This document shows, in pieces, positions 1 to 12,760 of a stretch of 64,000 nt of DNA. The notes beneath the pieces are model-generated. The model saw nothing but the letters and a program-made list of their open reading frames with translations, ran no database searches and was not told the DNA's origin. Within the stretch, counting starts at the first letter, position 1. Every line of letters starts with the position of its first letter. This DNA is from Antedon mediterranea (Eukaryota > Animalia > Echinodermata), in the NCBI RefSeq assembly GCF_964355755.1, contig NC_092677.1:13476101-13540100 (forward strand), given 5' to 3'. The position numbers and the translations under genes are program-made.

Positions 1-1482
1 CTGGGCTGATGATGTTATTCTATTAGCTAATGATGAAAAGGAAATGACAAAAATGTTAGAAATCGCAGATAGATTTGCTAATGAATGGAAATTGGGATTT
101 AATCATGACAAGTCCAATGTTATGGTTGTTAGTAAACGCATAAATAAAAATAAAAATTGGAAATTGGGGGAAAAGACAATTAAAGAGGTAAATAGCTACA
201 AATACTTGGGTGTTTATATCACATCAAATTTAAGAGATCACACACATTATGAACATGTCAAACAGAAAGGAAACTGATTAATAGCTTACATTAAGGGTAT
301 TATATCTAATCTTGATAATTTTAACAGAGTGTATTATGGTAATATACTTTAGAAGTCAATTGCACTTCCATCAATAAATTATGCAAGTAGTGTTTGGTAT
401 AATAGATCAATCTAAGATAATGAAGACTTAGAAAAGCTTCAACTACAAATGGCACGTTATTTATTAAAGGCTCCACGATATACACCCCGTGAAGCCCTTT
501 ATGGTGATCTTGGTTGGGTCCCTTTGTCCCAACTACATGAAATGTCGAGAACAAAGCTGTTTAACCGATTTATAAATGGACAATAGTAGGTGGCCAAAGA
601 TTGCCTTAGATTGTATGGTACAAACTGATTGTAACTTTAATAACCTAAAATATAAATTCTTAAGTAATTGTGTTGATACAATTAACAAATGTACAAATGA
701 TGTGAACTCATATGATATATTTAATGTTAATAATCTGTCTTTTTCACACCTTTTTCAGGTAAGAATACTGAACAGGCCTTATCAGAATCATATAAATCAG
801 AGTGGTCAAACAATTTATTACAAAAAACTTCCTTAAACATTTATTCTAAATTAAAACCTGAACCAAAATGAGAAAAATATCTTCTTGACAAAATAAATTT
901 TTATGGTGCTAGCTTAAAGTTTAAGGCTAGATCAAACACTTTACAACTTGATTGTAAAACATGTAAGTGGTCAAATGAAACCACAGGTGTTTGCACACTA
1001 TGTGAAATCGGTGAATTTGAAGATATTAAACATTTTATTTTGAACTGTAAGGCTTTTGACAACATTAGAAAAGAAGAATTAAGAAACCTAGAACATGATT
1101 TGACCCTCTGTAATGATTATGATTTATGGACATTATTTGTAAATGCAAATGATGAAAACAAATTAAGTTTTATATTAGGGGGAGAGTCTGTTCCTTTTTT
1201 CTAATAAATCATATAACTCATTTGATAAATTTTGTAAAAAATATTTAAGTTCTGCATGGGAGAAACGATCCTCTTTAAAGTACTCCCAATGATTAATTTA
1301 TTGTATTGTTACTTGTAAATACTGTAGTTTCTAGTTAATTTTGTTTTTTTTGCTTAGTTATAGTTTGGTTATTCATCTTTTTATTTTTCTATAATGTTCT
1401 GCTTTGTTTGCTGGACCGAACCGCATATTGTGAGTGCCACTGATACAAAGGTGTTATGGTCAACAAATAAATAAATAAATAA
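1..1482 (+). mobile_element. Degenerate 3' part of a non-LTR retrotransposon (LINE): RT C-terminus, CCHC-like motif and 3' UTR
   Basis: Window opens on a WADD motif, then RT thumb motifs (FNHDKSNVM, YKYLGVYI), FYGASLKFKARSNTL and CTLC...HFILNC. Many stops and frameshifts; ends in an (AAAT)n tail at about 1465-1482. Confidence 0.85.
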
Positions 1483-1571
1483 TACTGAAAATAAAATTAC
1501 ATAATAAAAATAGTAGTATTTATATGTTTACTCGAATTTAATATGCTTGCTATTTTACGAATTTAATATAG

Positions 1572-2690
1572 CTGAACAGCAAGGTACTGGTGGTGCCACT
1601 GGTGGAGGAGAAGGCTCTTCATCAACAACAACTAGGCCTATAACAAAGACAACGACGAAAACAACAACATCACGTAAGTAGTAGGCTTATTTATTGAAAA
1701 TATTTATTAGTACTTGTACTTGTTTGTATACCAACACACTATAATGTATGTGCTATTAAACTAAATATTAGAATAACATGTGATTATGTTTATAGGTGAT
1801 CATCCGAGAGAAAGTACACCATTGGCTCCATTAAATAAAGGTATAAATATTAGTTGCTATCTAACCACAAAAGCGAACGTCATATAAAACAATATCATAT
1901 ACTGTATCGTATTTTGTTGGATAAGAGCTATTTCATCCAGTAGACTCAACCATGGAGGTATAAAAATAACCATGCGCACATAGCTTTAATTAACAAATTA
2001 CAGCTTTTAATAATGTTTGTAGGCCTATTGGTTATTTCATGGAGAAATATTTCTCGATGGTTATTTTATCCAAATGTACTGTTTATTATTTACAAACACT
2101 ATTAATATACTAAGAAAAAACACTCTTTTCTTTTGAAGATTTTTTCTGAAAGCGACTTACGGGAGCTTCTTGTCGACTTGTCAGGTTGGTTGAAAGTTAA
2201 AGGAAATGTCTATATGTTAAAGTTACTACTTACCGATTTTAAAGAAATTGCAGTGGCAGGCATACAAAAAGCAAAAGACCCATTCCGTCTATTTGAATTA
2301 CTCATGACTCCTGGACTTATTAGCAGGACAAATATAGATTTAATCATTGACATTTTCAATGTGTGTGGATGGTATGGTGCTGCGGAGGTGATCAGAAAAA
2401 AGATACCGTTATTTGAGAGATTTGTTAGGGGTATGCCAATAACTCAATTATCTCAACTTCGACAAAATTTGATCGTATTTGGTCGTTTGCTAGATAAAGA
2501 TAAACAAGATAAAATATGCAATTTGTACACAATTGCTATTGACCAAGTAGTAGATCAGTGGGACCTCCTGTTTCAACTTGAAACAAAACATACATTTAAA
2601 AATGTAGGCCTACGCAAATTTATTGATAAACTTGAAAGGAATGAGATGGAGTACGAAGCAAGTGTTCTGAAAGAAGGCCTAGGTCTATAA
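1572..2690 (+). CDS. Death-fold cluster gene A (3' part): G/S/T-rich linker exons plus a terminal tandem-DED exon; possible 1-nt frameshift at the last acceptor
   Basis: Exons 1572-1673 and 1796-1840 (AG/GT, phase 1) and 2139-2690. Terminal exon has a DED1 pattern (LRELLVDLS..MLKLLLTD..RLFELL..GLIS..NIDLI) and a DED2 pattern (SQLRQNL..WDLLFQLE). The 5' exon(s) lie upstream of the window. Confidence 0.7.
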
Positions 2691-4035
2691 ATCATTATCA
2701 ATACACATGTGATTTATAATAAAAAGACAATGTATTGGTTATTAATAACAAGTCTAATGTTACAGTTACATTACCCATACATCGTATATGTTGTAATTAA
2801 CCTCAATGTCCACGTAATTAGGTTTATAATGGTAAAGCATAAATAAGCAATAGGGAACATAAAGGGGAACATAATAGGGAACATAATAGGAAACATAGCC
2901 TAAAGCGTGTGAAAAAATGCCCTGAAAACATTTCCTTGCTATATTGCGTATTGTATTTTAAAGGTTGTATTAAGTATTATTAGGCCTATAATTTTTACGA
3001 ATATTTGTTTTATATGGCCATACATTTAAATTGACAATTATAATACATAATAAGGCAAGACCTACTAGATTACATAAGTCAAATGTGAATAGTACATTAT
3101 TATAATACCTTATGCTACAAGTTTGTTTTGAGTCAATGTAGGCATCATAGCTTAATTATCGATTATTATACTTTTGATAGGATGTAGTTCTTGTGTACAT
3201 ACCTGAAAGAATTAGACAAGCTGTATATATATCTATTACTATTTTTTTTTTTATTAACTCTTATAATTACCCTTTTGATAAGATTTGATAATAAAGGTAT
3301 CATTGATAAAGAAAAAAGTTGTTATGTATTTAGGCCTATAAGCGATTATGATGATGCGATACAATTATTGAGTATGCCTTTATGATTATGCAACGCTTAC
3401 TGAGATAATTGTGAATGTTGACTGTGACTGTGATGACAAACCAGGAATGATGACAGAGAATATGAATGGGTGATGACTCTATGATGATAAACAACACAGC
3501 AAATTCGCGTCACTAAAGACAGATCTGCACATTTTGTTAATGAAAATAGAAATGCTGCCCTATTAAATTATGATATTGAATCGTTTAATTAATTATTTCA
3601 AAAATTCAAGTTGGCAGATTTTCGATAAATCGATTTGTTTTGGTGAAGTCATTCACGTCATTCATTCCCCAAACTGACTGGCGTGATTCAACGCGGGTGT
3701 TGATATCTCACGTGTAGTATGATGGCTTATGTATTGAAAACTAAGATATCTTGTTAATGATTAAATGACAGTTTGGCCAGCCATACTTATGATTGAAATG
3801 CTAAACGTCCGTTCAAACATTTGATCCTCAGTGGTTTAAACTTGAGCTCGAACAATCCATTCTTTCGTGTTTCAAAACACCATTCATATTCATGCACTCT
3901 GTCACAATATAAATACAAATAAACCACTGACACGTATATACTCTTAAATTGGAATACTTTTCAACGAAACAAAATAATCGTCGGTAAACAATGTCAGCTA
4001 CCGTTGACCTTGATTATGAATACAGTACAATTTTC

Positions 4036-4046
4036 GGGAATTTTCC
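4036..4046 (+). promoter_or_regulatory. Candidate NF-kB site GGGAATTTTCC upstream of gene B
   Basis: kB-like motif about 0.5 kb upstream of a putative non-coding first exon (donor CAG|GTAAAA near 4581). Motif match only. Confidence 0.3.
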
Positions 4047-5278
4047 TTTATCAATACAGTACCTAAAAATAGGTGTGCAATGCAAATACGATCGATTGAT
4101 ATTTACACCGACTCGATAATAAGCATATACTGTAGTTTGTTTTAAAGTTCAATTTTTGAATTGAAGTATTTCTGCCCGTGATACAACCTGTTGATTTAAT
4201 GTATTATGTACATGAATATATAATTGAACAGCTAATTTAATTTTAGTCCAAGGAACTATGTGCTATAGTAGGCTATGTTTCAATAACTGAAATCAATCGA
4301 ATATAATGAATTAAACCTCCATTCTTTTGTATAATTATATTAAATTTAATTTAAACCATTAAAAATCTTCCCTAATCAAGATTGTTATTATTAATTTTGT
4401 CAGTCTGCATATGGGCAAAGAGACATATCAGCCTTTCCTGTTACAATTGAACGATACTTGAACTGTCCCTTTAAATTTGAATAACAAATAAGGAAACGAT
4501 CAGTTCACATCACACACGCGTTGCATCGACGGTTTATAGACATTTTGGAAGGTTTCTGTACAGTGTGCGAAACTAAGACAGGTAAAACGCTAGATTATCT
4601 ATCAGAATTTTAGACAGGGCTGCTTTTATAACCTCATGATTCAAATAAGGGATTATTATTTAGTTAATTTGGACTTCATAAACACTCGATATTCGAATCA
4701 GTGTGCACTACAGCTACCGTACAGGGGCGTACAGGCCTAGTATTAATAATACGTACACATTATACAATGTGTAGCCTAGTATTTTACATTGCACATACTT
4801 TCACGCCGAATTACCAACGCTTCACAGAGAGCAGGCATTTTAAAAGACAGTAACGTTAGCAGTAAGCGAGGGGACACGTGTAAAAAGCATAATACTGTAT
4901 GTATGTTTGTCTGGGTTGGGTTGAACAGAGGTTATTTCCGTCCTGTATACTGCAAACATAAGTACGTTATATACATTTGGTTTAAAGGGACATTAGCAAT
5001 TTGTTTTGATACTTGCAAAAAATGTATCCGTATGTAATATTGTACAATATATCCATTTGTTGGATGTAACCTAGTTATGTTTATGTGTTTATTGTTTTAT
5101 GTTTTTTATGTAAAGGGTCCTGCGAAAACAGAATTGTAAAATTCTCTATGCAGGTCCTTGCCATCATTTACATTATAAAACTTTTATAATGTAAATAAAC
5201 TATATTTATAAACGATGAGTAAATAAATGTGAATTGAATTGAATTGAATTACTCTTTCTTCTTGTTCACTTTAGTAAC

Positions 5279-7724
5279 ATGGGGGACATCGAAGACACAT
5301 TTACCGATTTCCGTCAAGCGTTTAGTAACGCTTATTTAGGTAATGGATACCTGAAGTTGAGATTTCTTCTACAAGATCACCTGCCAATATCGGTGCTTTC
5401 AAGCAAATACAACACCGGGATGAACTTATTTAATTCACTTAAAGACAGAGGTGATATTTCATACACTGATGTTAACATAATGTCAGAAATTGCGAAAGTG
5501 ACAAAGAATGCCACTGCAAAATCCTGTGTAAAGGCATTCATAGAAGATGTCGGTCTAAGATATGATGCCAGTGAGGGTATAACATTGTCGTCATATCGTA
5601 AAACACTGTATAATGCTATGGATGAAATTACTGAAGTTGAATGCGGTGACGTTCATAACTTGACTGCGTACTACGGTTTAGGTCATCTTGGTTTTCAAAA
5701 TAAATGGGATGTTGTTTTTCACTTAGAAAAAGAAGTTAAGTTAAACGACACACGAGTGAAATGGAAACGGTTTGCTGATCAGTTGAATACAAAAGCACAA
5801 ATTATATTACTGGGTATGTATACCACTACTCCATAATTATAATACAGAAAGGAAAGTACTACTGTAATCCGCACCATACGTTTCAAATAGAAAATATAAA
5901 AATAATATAAAATAATAGCAAACATCCAATAATCACACATATTATTTATTTATTTATTCAACTTTGTTTTACAAGGGTAGCTCTAACAGATGTACTACAG
6001 CAGTACTAAAGCAATTGTCCCCACTTATAGAATGCACCACAAGAACGTACGCACAACCCGAGTAATTTGACCAATCAGAAGCGATAATTCTGATTCGTCA
6101 CGTGTTTTGCGTTGGATACTAGAACCTAATACTGTATGGTGCACGTCATTGCGCTGAGTATTTTAATGGAAGGCAGGCCAAAATATAATCACTGACAACT
6201 ATTTAAATATAAGTTGTCCATTTGTTATTGTATTAAATTGTTACTTGTGTTTTTATTTCACAGAATACAATCCTTCAGGTGCCGATGATACAGAAGGAGC
6301 ACCTTCTATTTCAACAGGTTGGTCAATAAAAGTATGAAATACATAAATCAAACAATCAAATAGCACACAAAAGAGGTGCAAACCCCAAAATATACTTCGC
6401 AAATACGATTTACTATACTTTTATATTCCAATTATTATCGGGACCAGACGTCTGCTCATCAACGTACATTAAGAATCTGTTTTATCAGATAATATTTTAC
6501 AAGAATAGTAAGTGAATAAGAATACTAAATGCCTATTCTAAATCAATCCTCAGCTGACTTGACCTGAACTACTGAATTATTAAAACTAACTTTTATTTCA
6601 TGTAATTTATAGGTGCTCAGGCTACAACATCAACAGATGGAGGGATATGTAGACAATCATCTACACAAAATAGTGGTAGGTAATTTACACTATAGTACTA
6701 ATGAATCATATTGAAATAATTGATCCAGATTTGCTTACATATTATATGAAAGTATGTAATTCTAAGAAACCGCTTCTACCTGTATTTTAAGATGTTTAAA
6801 ACATTTGATATAAAAAAAATCTATAAAAAAACGTTACAGAAAAGCACATCGAATCGAATAAAATATATGAGACCAAAGATATTTTTATAATGAAGAAGCC
6901 GGAAACGGCAATACAGTATGTTTCATGTGGGCCGAGTTCATATTTTCGGGTAAATTATCAACCAAAACATATGCCCCCTCATAATACCCCACTAAGGTAC
7001 AGTATGTAAGGTTAGCTATAGAACATATCAGCCATGCCTTCATGTTGCAGTACACATTAAGTTATTTAGTTTAGTACAGATTGAAATGAAGGTATAAATT
7101 AAAAAAATCCTATATAGTACTTCAAAAAAGCCAACCATGTCTGATTTAAATTTAGTACTTTAGCTTAGATCGAATAATAAATAAAGAAACTCACTCTGTT
7201 ACCATACCGTACATTCAGATCACACAACGCAACAGAAAAATGCAATCTGGAATCGAATTTGCATACACATGTCTACAACGTTGATGAATATTCAATAAAG
7301 CAAATACGTCATTACAGCAGTATTTAAAAAGTATAGGCCTATGCTGCGAAGAGAGTTTTAAAATAAATGTAAAAATCACCCTTTTTTCAATGTTAAGTTA
7401 TATACGAGAGACTTTTTAAAAAAATGTAAAAATCACTTTTTTTTAGATTTAACTGCTCAGGAGTTAATGGAAATCGCAAAGAAACTTGGGTTTGATTGGG
7501 AAGAGCTAGCAATCGCTGGTCTTGGCTTTAAAAAGCCGGATATTGATCGCTTAAAAATGGACAATCGTAATAGTATAATAGGGGCAATTTTTGGGATGCT
7601 GGACGCTTGGTCCAAAAAGGTATCAGTGGCTGAACACACCAGGCGTTCACAACTTGTTAACGCTCTCAAGAAGATCGAAAGAAATGATCTGGCTGAGGAA
7701 GTAGAAATAAACAATATATTGTAG
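5279..7724 (+). CDS. Death-fold cluster gene B: tandem DED + S/T/G linker + C-terminal death domain (FADD-like with two DEDs)
   Basis: Coding exons 5279-5813, 6264-6317, 6613-6675, 7447-7724; all joins GT-AG, phase 1, open frame. DED motifs LRFLLQDHL..LFNSLKDRGDIS and SSYRKTLY..WDVVFHLEKE; death domain IAKKLGFDWEELA..LGF..IDRL..MLDAW..LVNALKKIERNDLAE. Confidence 0.82.
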
Positions 7725-9760
7725 TGAATTAGTTGTGTTTTGTTTTTAACCGTTTTACACTGCAACATGCTGCTACTTTTCTATCTTTTTATTTTATAAT
7801 AATAACAATCTTTCTTAGGCTCATTATTCAACTGATTAATTTGTTGCAGTTGCTAAGATATAGAAAGTGAAATCTATTAGCTGTGTTTTACTAAAGAGAT
7901 ATTATATCTATCTCATGGTTTTACTTTTAACCGTACGTTGAAAAATGCGGCTGTTTTATCCTAGTATTTTTATAGCATTAAAACAATCGTTTTTATATTA
8001 TCATTGATTACATTTATTATGCAGTTAAACATTGGTTTATTCCCAAGCGTTTTACATTGCAACATTAGCTATTACTGTTTTATTTATTTATTTTTAAAAT
8101 AAAAATGAACACAAACTTTATTGGTCTGATTATATTATAGTTAATACAGAAAAGCAACATTATTTGGATTTAAATCCAAAATTTCTATGTCATTAAACAT
8201 TAAAAATAATAAGAAAAATAAAATGAATGTATCATGTAAATGAGTAATAAAAAAGATTATTTGAATTTCTTGTCATGTTTTTATTTTTTTTTCCTGTTTT
8301 TTTAAAAAGAAATATGGATATATCTATATAAAAAAAGAAGATGTAGAGATAGAGGGAAATTATAACAACGAAAAAATAATGACGTCACGGTGATATAAAT
8401 AGATATGCCGTTACCTTAATGATAAAAATAAAAATGATATAGACGATGATATAATATAAAACATTGACGACGGGCTAATGATGATACAGATGACAATTAT
8501 TATTAATTATGATAAATGGTAAACATAATATGAAAGGGGTGATGCCATGTCATCATATGACAGTTGCAATTTGATACACACTTTTATATATTACGGTATT
8601 ACGGTGTTTATTTGCGGTACGATTATGTAAGGTTGAGAAGATCACTTTTATACAATTGAAATGAATTCCAATTTTCAAGTGGTATATATTTTACCTCAAA
8701 AACAAATTTAATGAGAAAAGCAATAATTACATTGGAAACAGGTTGGATCTCTGATGCGGTGGACTTAGAAAACGATGGAGCTGGCAAGGAATATTGGAAT
8801 ATTGTGAACGTTTTAAAGGCTATAAATGATATTATTGTAATGGTTGATTTCCGTAAATAAATATTACAAATGTGTAGGCTAAATTTTACGGATGAGTTCC
8901 TATCAGCTTCTGAATAGATTTTGACCTCGGTGAGAAATATAATTCATTTCTACAGTATTCCAAATAACTCTATCAACTCAAGCATAGCAACAAAGCAAGC
9001 CCCAGTGCGACAGAACGATCAAAGAGATGTTGTATTTCTCTCAATTTAAAATAAAGGTAGGCCTAAACTATTTATTTTTAGCCCTATTTTAAGTTACTAT
9101 ATGATTAGAAACAAACAAGAAGCAAAGACAAGTCAAAGTGGCTTTGGAAAAATATAAAATAATAGCAACCATCTAATAATCACACATTATTTATTTGTTC
9201 AACTTTGTTTTACACGGGTAGCTTTAACAGCTAATCTAAAGTAGTACTAACACAATATTGTTTCCACAAAAGATCCATCTGATACAACCACCCAGAAACT
9301 ACTCTAGCCCGTCTCCCTTAGAGGAGAACTACTGTCGCTCTCAAAGAAAACTCCCCTACCCGTCCCTCAAGGATACCTACCCTACTCTGAACCCCCTTCT
9401 AGAACACTCGCCTACCCCGAAGACAACTCCCACACGCACCGCCCCGAGGACTCCACCACAGGAATAATCTCTTTCTTTGGGAAAATTAGATCATTGGACC
9501 ACAGCCAATGTTGTGCTTTCTATGGTGAAATACCAGCGATGTTAGTACATTTTTATCATAACCATGAATGTTCCCTTTAAATAATTTAATAATGAAATAT
9601 GTACGCTACAATCAGGAAGGAAATACAGTACTAAACTCTGACCCAGAGGGCACAGTATAGGCCTATATGGTGTAGGTGGTATGCTGGTTACAGGTAGTAT
9701 CTGTACATTTGTGCCAAGCAACCTGAAACATTTCTAGTGACGAAATGTTTACAAAACCAA

Positions 9761-9934
9761 AGCTCTGTCTAAACTATCAAACTGGTTTGACAAAAAAATG
9801 TGTGATATGCCCAAATATGGTAGTGATATGCTTAAATATGGTAGTGATATGCTTAAATATGGTACTGATATGACATCATCATGTCCATATATGGGCACAT
9901 CACATGGTTTTGTTTTGATAGTGTAGACAGAGCT
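9761..9934. mobile_element. MITE family 1 (AGCTCTGTCTACACTATCAAA termini; PIF/Harbinger-like)
   Basis: Terminal inverted repeats agctctgtct(a/c)actatcaaa...tttgatagtgtagacagagct with internal atatggtagtgatatg repeats; six more copies in the window. Confidence 0.75.
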
Positions 9935-10111
9935 TAAAGGTAGTAGATTCCTGCCACGATCCTGTGCTCTAATTCAAACCGGTTACTTTTCCCACTAGAC
10001 GTGGAAGAAAAAATACAGTAAAATACTAACTGTGCGATTTCTCACTTTCTTTCTTATACTTCTCATCTTTTTACAGGTTTGAATAATTAAAAAAAAATAA
10101 TCATCACAGCA

Positions 10112-10675
10112 ATGAAGAAATCATTTTTTAAAAACTATTCACTTGCTGAGGTCAAAGTTCGAGAAGCAACGTCGAACGATCCTTGGGGCCCGTCGAGTTC
10201 TATTCTGTCAGAGATTGCAGAATTGACTGAAAATGTTGTGTTATTCACAGAAATAATGGCCATGTTATGGAAACGGATGAATGACCACGGTAAAAACTGG
10301 CGGCACGTTTATAAAGCTTTAATAGTGCTAGAATATATAATAAAGAAAGGGTCTGAACGGGTGGCACAACAGTGCAAGGAGAACATCTTTGCTATCAACA
10401 CATTGAAAGATTTTCGGTTTGTTGATGACAACGGAAAAGATCAAGGAGTGAATGTACGAGAGAAATCAAAGCATATTGTTGCTCTACTGAAGAATGATAC
10501 ACAGTTAAAATCTGAAAGATCCTGTGTTCTGAAGACAAATGAGACATCTGCACAATCGTCTCACGGACTTGGCAGTGACAGGAAGAAAAATAAAACTGAG
10601 ACTGGATCAAGTTCAAGCGCATCACCAACTTCTAACGGAGGTTAGTGGGTATTGCAAGTTATTGTCTATTACATA

Positions 10676-10708
<33 letters not shown>

Positions 10709-12053
10709 TAATATAATAATAATGAATTACATATGCCTAATATTAAAATTAGTATGAAACAATTATAATCCTTCAAATAAAATATATATTCCTTAAATAA
10801 TTGATCGAACTATTGATTTTTTCAGATGAATGATTAAAAATACCGCACTGCACATACACATCTTCCAGTTATAGTTAACACACCATGATTTCTAATGATA
10901 ATAATATTACTAATGAAATGTAAAAGAAATACTTTTAAATATTAATATGCCTAATGAAAAGTTATCTTTGAACGTTGATATATTAGTTTTATACCTTTTT
11001 CCTATTTCTGCAGCTTACCATATACCTACTGCAGGTAGTAGAGGAACACAAGTGAATCAACCAACATCAACAACGTCACAACAGTCCACTATCGCAGGTG
11101 TATTACATGCAACACATGAACCAAAATCATTCAACGAAACACCAGCAGCATCATCATCTCAACAACCTGTAAAAGTCACAAGTGTAGTCACTTCAACACC
11201 TGTAATGTCATCAGCATTTGGCCCACAAATAGGTAAACATTTCCATTATCCCATTATATTAGGTGTAACATAGCTAGGCCTATAACATACTGTAGTCATA
11301 ATATAACAATAACTTAAATTTCTCTCATTTTTATTACCTGGTTTGAATTAATGGATCTGGAGTGGAGTGCCGTCTAAACCTAGCTAAATTCTATACCGAT
11401 TTAATGACTATATATTAGACCATATAATTTATATTTCCCTTATATATTTCTTATGGGACGAATAACATCCGAGAAAGAATATTGGAAACTAACTTCACTT
11501 TGTTTGTCATTTCGGGATTTTTGCAGAAATGTCCGAGAACGATTTCTGTATGCTAAAATCGATTGTTTCAAATTATTACGACCGGCATGGATGCCTGATT
11601 ATGCTGAAGGTACTGTTCGCAGATCTAGTGCGTAAACACAAACTCGACAGCGTAACTTCTACAATGGATTTGCTAAACGCGTTAGCTGCATCAGGTGACG
11701 TCAGTCATGATGACATCACTATATTGTATGATACCATCAACCTAACTGGGCATTTGGCTTTGCAGAGTGAGATAAGAAAACAGTTTCAACTATTTCCAGA
11801 TGTAAAACAAAGACTAGTCACCAGATTTACAAAATACAGACAGAAAATAATGCAATTTGGAATGGGAATTGGCGAACAAGATGTAGTAAAGATTGATGGG
11901 TACTATAACAATCCAGTCATGAAATACGAAAGTAGTTGGAAAATGGTATATGACTTAGAATATAGACAGATCATCAAGGAAAACAAAATAAAAGAATTCA
12001 TCGCATTGTTGAATGACTTGAATCTACCGTGGGCTGCAGAATTATTAGAATAA
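10112..12053 (+). CDS. Death-fold cluster gene C: epsin-type ENTH domain + S/T/Q/P linker + tandem DED (chimeric)
   Basis: Coding exons 10112-10640, 11014-11232, 11527-12053; canonical GT-AG, phase 1, continuous frame. ENTH signature KVREATSNDPWGP, WKRMNDHGKNWRHVYKAL, GKDQGVNVREK. The last exon is a tandem DED paralogous to 16251-16780. Confidence 0.8.
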
Positions 12054-12221
12054 TACTCATTACCAAATTATAACAGTTTGTTTTGGGTTATGTAATCGAT
12101 AAGTATTCATCCAAAGTTCAGAAATGATCGATTATATTGATAGAGTAAATATTTGGTGACGTTTGACCTCTATATCATTGAGTGATAACCCCATAATATT
12201 AATACTGTATTGTACAATTTC

Positions 12222-12760
12222 GTGGAAACTACTGTAGCTAAACACGGATTTAATTAGGCCACAATACATTGTTCTATGTAAAGCACCGCACACTCTTTGA
12301 TTAGATGCAAGCCTACCGTGTTTTGAATTAATTCTGTGACCACCTCAACCTTATATCATTAATATTATTATTATGTTCATTCATGCATTTCGCTATATGG
12401 GTTGTTTTATTTATTATCTTGTCAACACTAATTAAACGTGTTCAAAAGCTTTGGTGCTTTTTTTTTTGACAAATGCAATGCTAAAGATACAAATAAAAGC
12501 ATTCCCTTTATCAATTTTAGGCCCGATACCCACACTCTTATTTAAAAATAAGTGGATCCTCATCAAATAGCTATAACTATTTATGTTCTACGGTATTTCG
12601 TGGAAACTAGCTAAACACGGATTTAATTAAGCCACAATACATTGTTTTATGTAAAGCCCCGCCCACTCTTTGATTAGATGCAAACCTACCGTGTTTTGAA
12701 TTAATCCTTAACCATCTCACCTTATATCATATTATTATTATGTTCATTCATGCATTTATA
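12222..12760 (+). repeat. Direct duplication of about 170 bp downstream of gene C (about 12220-12390 and 12596-12757)
   Basis: Near-identical tttcgtggaaacta..gctaaacacggatttaatta..ctctttgattagatgcaa..gttcattcatgcattt in both copies. Confidence 0.8.

Noticed and set aside
9258-9467. Pro/Thr-rich ORF
   Set aside because: C-rich low-complexity tract with a non-ATG start and no splice support or recognisable domain.
10112-10645. Calling this the canonical epsin gene or a simple epsin pseudogene
   Set aside because: No epsin C-terminal motifs follow; the frame is intact and splices in phase to the DED exon. A retrocopy origin cannot be claimed from the lack of introns alone.
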